Shown here in pieces: positions 57,645-64,000 of a DNA stretch of 64,000 nucleotides. The translations under genes were made by a program, and so were the position numbers. Under the pieces are notes generated by a model. It was given only the letters and a program-made list of their open reading frames with translations, was not told the origin of the DNA and did not search any database. Source of the DNA: Sedimentisphaerales bacterium (lineage in GTDB: Bacteria > Planctomycetota > Phycisphaerae > Sedimentisphaerales > Anaerobacaceae); NCBI GenBank assembly GCA_040772485.1, contig JAXGYC010000007.1, positions 192,001 to 256,000 of the forward strand. Direction: 5' to 3'. Each line of letters starts with the position of its first letter. Position 1 is the stretch's first letter.

Positions 57645-60600
57645 TATCCATTGCCTTTCTGCAACTGTTCCACAAGACGTTCTGCATCGGCCAGATCCTC
57701 CTCCGACAACTCGCTCTTGCGCTGCCCGGGATCGGTCGACTGCCTGCTGCTGCGATGCAGGGCCAGGGCCTGCTCAACGTGTCGAATCGCATCCGCCTTT
57801 CGTCCCATCTCCGCGTAGACCCTGGCAAGGTGGAAATGGGTTGAGGCCACTGCCGTGGCGTTGACCGGATACAACTCCAGGCTCCGGCTCAAGTCTTGGA
57901 CGGCCTCGTCCAGACGTCCCAGGCGGTAGTGAATGACACCTCGCGTCTCGATCAGATCGATGTACTCCGGCCGCATCTTCAGACCCCGATTCGCCAGTTC
58001 CAGCGCCTCCTGATACTGCCCCTGCTCCTCGCAGAGAAGCCAGGCGAGGTTGTTCATGGCAAAGACGTTGTCCGGGTCGGCCTCCAAGATCCTCTGATTC
58101 AGGGCGGCGGCTTCCTCCGATCGCCCCATCACGGTCACCAGGTTGGCCAGCAGATGCAGCGGCGGCAGAGTTTGCGGGTGGCGCTCGATCTCCGATCGCA
58201 GCAGTCTCTCGGCAAACTCAAATCCCTTCTGGCCGCCGTCGGCGATCAGGTTTCGCGCCACGGCCGTCGGAACCGCAGCGTCATCCGGGCGCTTGGCGCG
58301 CCAGTCTGCCAGAAGAGACTCCAGTTCGGTCCAGCGTTCGGCGGAAACCAGCAGTCCAGCCCATGTGACGACCAGCGACGCATCGTCCGGCTCGGCCTGT
58401 AGAAGGCCCCGGAGAATCTCGGCCGCCTCATTCGGCTCACCACTGCGATACAGCACCGTCGCCAAGGCGATCTCGCCCTGCTTTCGCCCCGGCCCTGTCT
58501 GGGCGCCCAAATGGTGGCGGAGAAGCCGGACGGCTTCCTGAGGCCGATCTGAGTGCAAGTACGAGAAGGCCAACTGCGAGACCACGCTCATGTCATTGGG
58601 GTCCTGATCGATCAACCCTCTGAGGGTCGGCACTGCCAGCATGGGCGACCGGCGCGCCTCCGCCTGGGCCTTGAGCAGCAACAGTTGCCGGCTGTCCGGA
58701 TTCGCCGCCAGACCTCGAAGAGCCACATCCATGGCCCTAGCCACCTGGTCCTCGCGCAACTCCAGTATTCCGAGCAACTCCCAGGCATCGGCGAGGTCTT
58801 GATTCTTCTCCGTGATCTCGCGAAGCAGCGTACGCGCCTGCTCGGCCGCCGGCGCCGTTTCGCGACGGAGCAGCACGCGCGCTTTGTGCAGCTTCAACCC
58901 CATATCCTGCGGATGCAGTCGCAGCGCTTCTTCGAGTAGAGCCTCCCCCCGCTGGAACAGCACGGGGTCACCCAAGTTCAGGAACAGGAACAGCGCCCGC
59001 TGCTGGACCGGGAGGTTGTCGCGGGACAGTTCCAGAGCCTTCTCGATATCGGAAATGGCCTCTCTATTACGTCCGGTTCGGATGAAGAAATCGGACCGAG
59101 ACAGCCAGATCTCTGCCTTCTCGGGAGCCAAAGCAACCATTCGATCGTAGTCGGCCTGTGCGTCGTCGTAGCGCTTCAAGGCCTCATAAGTCCTGCCGCG
59201 CAGCAGCCGTGAAAAGACGCTGTCCTCTCGGGCAATGGTTTGGCCGCAGAGGCGCAGAGCCGCATCGGCATCGCCTCGCTCGACGTCGAGTTGCACCTGC
59301 GCGACGATGACCGAGACCGATTCCGGATCCCTCGCTTTCACCGCGTTGAGGGCCGCCTGGGCTTCGTCGTACTTCTGCTGGGCCCCCAGAATCGACACCA
59401 GTCGCAGACCGGCCGCTGTGTCGTTCGGGTCCTGCCGAACCAGGTCCTGCAGTATATCTGAGGCAGACACCAAGGCATGCCGCCGCGCAGCAGAATCGCC
59501 GGCTTTCGCGCTGCGCCGCAGGTATCCCTGCAACTGCAGCCTCTGAATGTCCGGGTCGTAGAGATCACGCGACCTGGCTCGATCCAGAATCCCCTGTGCC
59601 TCTTCATCTTCCCCTGCCTGGTAAAGGGCCTGCACCGTTCGGGTGACCACTCCGACATCGTTGGGCCATCGCTGGATCGCCTCTCGATACATGGCCAGAG
59701 CCAGTTGCAGGTCTCCGCCCTTCTCATACGCGGCCGCCAGAAGCAGGCGGCTGGAGCGGTCCTCCGGATTGGACAGGAGGTTTTCCTGCAGCAGCCGGAC
59801 CACCTGGCCGTAGTAGCTCTGGAATCCCTCGGACAGAATCCAGACCCTTGCTTGCTCCACGCGCCACTGCCAACCGTCCTGCCCCTCGATCGATTTGATT
59901 TGATCCACGATGGACTGCGACATTGCGGGATCTTTCAACACACGATCGAGCGTCAGCAGACGGCGTTTGGATCCTATGTCATCCGGAAACTCCTTTGACA
60001 GGTCCGTCAGCAATTCATAGAGGGGCTCATCTCGGCCCCACGAGACATACAGCTCCGCCAGAAGCATGCCGAGACTCCGCCGGCCCGCCTTGTCCATTCT
60101 CGACATCGCGTTGCGGATAGCGGCCTCGCACTCCGACCGCTTGTTCTGTCGGTTCAGCAACAAGGCGAGGTTTCTGACAGGTTCGGTGCTCTGCGGGAAC
60201 TTCTCAATCGTCTGGTGCAGCAGCGACACCGCCTCGGGTCCCTTGCCCTCGTCCACGTACAATTGCGCCCGCAACAGCATGGCGGCAAGCCGATCCGTCT
60301 GGCGGTTCTCCAACTGACCGAGCATCGCGGCGGCCTCCGCATGCTTGCCCTGGAACATGGCCGCCTGGACCCGGAGCAGTTGGACTTGACCCGCCTCGAC
60401 GCCTGCGGCGCTCAGCGCGGCCAGCCTTGCCTCAATGGCCCGCCAGCCACTGCGCGCGGACTCTGAATCGCCCGCGCCGGCCAGCATGCGCATGCGCGCC
60501 TGGATTTCGAGCAGCGCGGCGCTGCTCCGCAGCTCGGGAACCTCTCCGTCCGTCGGTTCGGGAACCAGCCGCTGCACCTGCTGGGCCTGATCGAGGACAC

Positions 60601-61933
60601 CAGACCAGTCTTCGGCCTGGGCCAGCAACTGTGCCAGAGCCAGATGGAACTGGGGGTAATCCGGCACGTCCGAGACCAGCAGGCGGAGCTGTTCGATCGC
60701 GGAGTGGAAGTCGCCCATCTTCTGAAGAACGGAAGCCAGGAACATCCGGACCGGAGGAAAGTGGCCGCGCCACATCCGGTCCCGCCGGGACTGATACCCC
60801 AGCGCGATCGCCTTTCTCCAGAAGGTCGCCGCCTCCTGCAACTGCCCCTTCTGCTGCGCGAGATAGCCTTCGAGAAAGGCGCTTCTGGCAGGCTCGAAGT
60901 CCTTCTTCTGCATCTGAAGGATACAGTCGGCCGCCTGCTCAAACCGCTTCGCCCGGATCAGCAGTTCCGCCGCCCAAGGCAGGAAATCCCAGGGGTAGAC
61001 GGCCAGCTCTTTGAGGCCGGCCTCCGCCACAGCCTGCATCTCCTGTTCCGAGTTGGATTGGATGGCCACCATGGCCCAGTACCGCCAGAGGTCGGGCTCC
61101 GCCGGCGCCTTGGCTCGCAGGGCAGCAATCTGCGCTCTGGCCTGGTCGTAGGCAGCGGCCAGAATCAGTTCGCCGATCAAACGGAGATGCACCTCCCGAT
61201 CCGACAGGTCCAGATCCGCCGCACGCTCGAAGTCGGCCATTGCATTGGCGCGGTCCCCGGTTCGCCGCAGGAAAGAACCACGCACGATATGGGCCAGCGC
61301 AGACTGCGGATTGGCGGCGACCGCCTCCTCAAACCAGTAGTTGGACGGCCGATTGACCTCCGCTGGGTGCTCAGCGGCCAGCAAGCCCATGACTTCATAG
61401 GCCGGCACGTGACTGGGATGATCGTGGATCAGGCTGGCGACGGTCCGCTGCGCCTGGGGAAAATCCCGCTGCTGGATCAGAGCAACACTGAGATACTGCC
61501 GGATCGTCGGATCATCGTTGCCCTCCAAAAACTGTCTCGCCTTGAGTTCGGCCTCGCCGGGGCTTTCACCCAAATAGATGGCGATCAACCTCTTGGCGGC
61601 CTCGGCATTGCCTCCGTCCAGTCGGAGCACCGCCGAATAGGCCGCGATCGCCTGCTGAATGCTGCTGGATGTGCTGGGTCTGATCTTCTCCTGGGCTTGG
61701 CCGTACTTGATCAGGCGGGCGGTATCGTCCCCATTGATCGTCAGATAGCGGCCGATCTGCCTGGCCGCCTCCTCCCAGTTCTGTTCGGCAAACGCCTGTT
61801 CGCCCAAGGGAAGCGACTCCTCCGCAAGCGTACTCCGTTGCCACTTGTGCAGGGACAGAGCCGCCGCTGCCAGGACGATCACGCCCACCACCAGAACGAC
61901 TGCCAAAGTCCAGTTGAAATATCGTTGCGCCAT
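57644..61933 (-). CDS. Giant membrane-anchored TPR protein (PrsT-like, EPS/PEP-CTERM-associated)
   Basis: N-terminal TM, many TPR repeats, C-terminal AMNNLAWLL...ETRG.IHY..G...A...L. Confidence 0.88.
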   Translation of the reverse strand: MAQRYFNWTLAVVLVVGVIVLAAAALSLHKWQRSTLAEESLPLGEQAFAEQNWEEAARQIGRYLTINGDDTARLIKYGQAQEKIRPSTSSSIQQAIAAYSAVLRLDGGNAEAAKRLIAIYLGESPGEAELKARQFLEGNDDPTIRQYLSVALIQQRDFPQAQRTVASLIHDHPSHVPAYEVMGLLAAEHPAEVNRPSNYWFEEAVAANPQSALAHIVRGSFLRRTGDRANAMADFERAADLDLSDREVHLRLIGELILAAAYDQARAQIAALRAKAPAEPDLWRYWAMVAIQSNSEQEMQAVAEAGLKELAVYPWDFLPWAAELLIRAKRFEQAADCILQMQKKDFEPARSAFLEGYLAQQKGQLQEAATFWRKAIALGYQSRRDRMWRGHFPPVRMFLASVLQKMGDFHSAIEQLRLLVSDVPDYPQFHLALAQLLAQAEDWSGVLDQAQQVQRLVPEPTDGEVPELRSSAALLEIQARMRMLAGAGDSESARSGWRAIEARLAALSAAGVEAGQVQLLRVQAAMFQGKHAEAAAMLGQLENRQTDRLAAMLLRAQLYVDEGKGPEAVSLLHQTIEKFPQSTEPVRNLALLLNRQNKRSECEAAIRNAMSRMDKAGRRSLGMLLAELYVSWGRDEPLYELLTDLSKEFPDDIGSKRRLLTLDRVLKDPAMSQSIVDQIKSIEGQDGWQWRVEQARVWILSEGFQSYYGQVVRLLQENLLSNPEDRSSRLLLAAAYEKGGDLQLALAMYREAIQRWPNDVGVVTRTVQALYQAGEDEEAQGILDRARSRDLYDPDIQRLQLQGYLRRSAKAGDSAARRHALVSASDILQDLVRQDPNDTAAGLRLVSILGAQQKYDEAQAALNAVKARDPESVSVIVAQVQLDVERGDADAALRLCGQTIAREDSVFSRLLRGRTYEALKRYDDAQADYDRMVALAPEKAEIWLSRSDFFIRTGRNREAISDIEKALELSRDNLPVQQRALFLFLNLGDPVLFQRGEALLEEALRLHPQDMGLKLHKARVLLRRETAPAAEQARTLLREITEKNQDLADAWELLGILELREDQVARAMDVALRGLAANPDSRQLLLLKAQAEARRSPMLAVPTLRGLIDQDPNDMSVVSQLAFSYLHSDRPQEAVRLLRHHLGAQTGPGRKQGEIALATVLYRSGEPNEAAEILRGLLQAEPDDASLVVTWAGLLVSAERWTELESLLADWRAKRPDDAAVPTAVARNLIADGGQKGFEFAERLLRSEIERHPQTLPPLHLLANLVTVMGRSEEAAALNQRILEADPDNVFAMNNLAWLLCEEQGQYQEALELANRGLKMRPEYIDLIETRGVIHYRLGRLDEAVQDLSRSLELYPVNATAVASTHFHLARVYAEMGRKADAIRHVEQALALHRSSRQSTDPGQRKSELSEEDLADAERLVEQLQKGNG

Positions 61934-62050
61934 CGGATGCATCCTTTCCACTGAATCAGGGCGATTCACAGCGGCCGCTGTTCTTGCACCGCCATCGGTC
62001 GCCCAAGCCGCCGGATACGAACGTCTCAGCACCGCCCGGCGACCCTCCGG

Positions 62051-63769
62051 TCAGAACTGACGGATGAAGTTGGCCACCATCTTCCGGAAAGTGCACCAAC
62101 ACACCCACAAATCCATTTGCGGTGAGAGTTCCTGCACGTACTTGGTGTCGTAGTGAATCCACTCCTGGAAGTCTTTGAAGGGCTCACGTGTTCGGTAGAC
62201 CTGCCAGAGTCCCGTGATGCCCGGCCGCACCGAAAGTCTGGCGTCGCGCCATGACGGACACAGCGTGTTTTCCGACTCCGGCGATGGTCGGGGACCCACA
62301 ATGCTCATCTGCCCACACAAGACGTTGAAGAACTGAGGTATCTCGTCCAGATACGTTTCTCTGAGGAAATGTCCGACCGTACTGATCCGAGGATCGTCGG
62401 CCATCTTGAACTGCGGTCCGTCCACTTCGCTGACGAAGCGCAGCTTGTCCTGAATCTCGGCTGCTCCGACGCGCATGGTCCTGAACTTGACGCAATTGAA
62501 CGGCCGCCCGTGGAGTCCCTGACGCTTGTCGCGGAAGAACACCGGCCCGGGCGAGTTGACCTTGATCGCCAGGGCAATCAGCGGCACAACGGGGGCAAAC
62601 AGGATCAAGACGACGCCGGCGACGACGACATCTGCGATCCGCTTGAAGCAAATCGGATACGAGAAACGCGGCCACGTGCGGAAGACGCTCTGGCGACTCG
62701 CCCAGAGCGGTCTCGTCCAGAACCGGGCCGCCCGCAGCGAAGAGGTGCGTTCGGATGCGGCCCCATTCTCCAAGCTTGAGACGACACAACGGTGGACGGT
62801 GCGATCCGATTCTATGGCAACCCGGGTTCCCACGATAGACGAGTCGACCAGGGCGCCTCGCCCCACCGTGCAGCCGTCGCAGAGGATGCTGGGACCGACG
62901 ACCACCACTTCCGGCTCGACACGTACGCCCCGTCCGAGCAGTACCGGACCGACAAACCGTGCGTCACCCGAGATATCGTGGTCTGCATCGTATGCATACA
63001 CCTGCCTGCCAAGGGACGCATTCAGAACGGCCCCCCGAGGCGGGCAGTGGGTCAGCACCGCGTCGGACAGTGCGAGAATCCCCTCTTCAGACGCCAGGTC
63101 AATGACGGAACCAGCCATGGAGACGGACTCGATTCTCATGCCATGTGTCTGACACCTCTCGATTACCTCCCCGAACTCAGAGGGCAAGCCGTCGTTCAGT
63201 ATCGCAACGGCGTGCTTTGATCGGATCAGAAGATGGTGCGGCCAGTCGATTGGCAAGGGCATGGGTTCGGCGGCATCCCTGTATAATCGCCGGTATCCAA
63301 CCAACTCTCCCGCTTCCGCCAGGCGGATTCGCTCCTGATAAGCCAGCAGTCCGGGAACGACCGTCACGGCCAGCACATCCGACGATGTCTCCCCAAGCAC
63401 CCGATCCCAGAGGTGGTCACTGACACGAGCAGCAAAGCGGCCGTTGGAAATCGTCAGCCAGGGATGACGCCGGACAGCAGCCAGATGTTTCCGGTTGAGC
63501 TGCCCTGAGACAACACATCCGCCGTCCTGCTCGGCGTTGTCCGCCGAGTCCGTCTGCCAGGACGCGGGAACGACCCACACGACGTTGCCGCGTTCGGCCC
63601 CGCCTGCCAGCTTTGACAGGCCGCTGTTCCCGTCTATCGAACTGCACAGGCGACAGGCTCCATTCAGGATCACCTCGGGCAGGGGACGCGCAGACAGCGC
63701 GTATCGCAGCACGCCCGTCTCGAAGGCCTTCGCTCCGCCCTCCTCACCTCGGACTACAATCAACCTCAT
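62051..63769 (-). CDS. Priming sugar transferase (Bac_transf) with N-terminal degenerate nucleotidyltransferase/LbH region
   Basis: KRIAD, SPGPVFF...RQG..G.PF...KFRTM, DDPRI..VG.FLR.T.LDEIPQF.NVL.G.MSIVGPRP, RPGITGLWQV. Hexapeptide-like segment upstream. Confidence 0.88.
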   Translation of the reverse strand: MRLIVVRGEEGGAKAFETGVLRYALSARPLPEVILNGACRLCSSIDGNSGLSKLAGGAERGNVVWVVPASWQTDSADNAEQDGGCVVSGQLNRKHLAAVRRHPWLTISNGRFAARVSDHLWDRVLGETSSDVLAVTVVPGLLAYQERIRLAEAGELVGYRRLYRDAAEPMPLPIDWPHHLLIRSKHAVAILNDGLPSEFGEVIERCQTHGMRIESVSMAGSVIDLASEEGILALSDAVLTHCPPRGAVLNASLGRQVYAYDADHDISGDARFVGPVLLGRGVRVEPEVVVVGPSILCDGCTVGRGALVDSSIVGTRVAIESDRTVHRCVVSSLENGAASERTSSLRAARFWTRPLWASRQSVFRTWPRFSYPICFKRIADVVVAGVVLILFAPVVPLIALAIKVNSPGPVFFRDKRQGLHGRPFNCVKFRTMRVGAAEIQDKLRFVSEVDGPQFKMADDPRISTVGHFLRETYLDEIPQFFNVLCGQMSIVGPRPSPESENTLCPSWRDARLSVRPGITGLWQVYRTREPFKDFQEWIHYDTKYVQELSPQMDLWVCWCTFRKMVANFIRQF

Positions 63770-63829
63770 AGCCAATTCACACCCGGGACCGACAGACTCG
63801 GACGATAAAAGTCAATCCCCGTACACGCA

Positions 63830-64000
63830 TCACGCCTCTGCGGGATCGTCAGGACCTTGGGGAGAAAGCAGCATCTTCTTCTGCCGGGCGGCCTTGCGAA
63901 CGGGCGTCGCCGTCCGGGTCCGATATCCATAGTTGTACCGATAGAGGCCTTGATCGACCCGGACGTTGCTGAGAATCGCACCGACGACCCGGGCCCGAAC
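63830..64000 (-). CDS. C-terminus of a Wzc/CpsD-type tyrosine kinase (runs off window edge)
   Basis: Manual translation VRARVVGAILSNVRVDQGLYRYNYGYR...PAEA*. The VVGA.L.NV strand plus tyrosine cluster is typical of BY-kinases. Confidence 0.7.
   Translation of the reverse strand, partial: VRARVVGAILSNVRVDQGLYRYNYGYRTRTATPVRKAARQKKMLLSPQGPDDPAEA

Noticed and set aside
1..64000. CRISPR array, tRNA/rRNA, transposase/integrase, reverse transcriptase (retron/DGR)
   Set aside because: No regularly spaced repeats, cloverleafs or matching protein motifs seen by eye.

Overview
GC-rich bacterial chromosomal window with about 55 real CDS. The IPAPG/VPEP-type sorting tails, Tat sulfatase, PQQ-type propeller and many secreted hydrolases suggest Planctomycetota (Phycisphaerae/Sedimentisphaerales-like); this is inference. 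Left to right: partial RNase HII-like gene; ABM and Fe-ADH genes; a PLD / YprB-like exonuclease / Smr-less MutS2 run; STAS; phasin-like, UbiB and G1P dehydrogenase genes; GT4+GH57; beta-CASP nuclease; two convergent blocks of secreted glycan hydrolases; an atypical FixJ-like regulator and an ECF sigma factor; a YtrA(GntR) double-ABC operon with its operator; ATL, GNAT and methyltransferase genes; TPR lipoprotein, tilS, atypical PilT, sulfatase; class II RNR; and an EPS/PEP-CTERM locus (wza, three PEP-CTERM genes, LuxR HTH, giant TPR, priming glycosyltransferase, partial wzc). I saw no rRNA, tRNA, CRISPR array, transposase or integrase. The best novelty candidates are: (1) two parallel non-coding units at about 21.45-21.59 kb and 22.10-22.25 kb, each with the same promoter-like motif, ANGGA motifs and a terminator, resembling paired Csr/Rsm-like sRNAs around a small orphan gene; (2) a PEP-CTERM module apparently controlled by a stand-alone LuxR protein via a 7-2-7 box; (3) the Smr-less MutS2 co-transcribed with two stand-alone nuclease-fold genes. 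All calls come from reading motifs by eye; no database searches were run.
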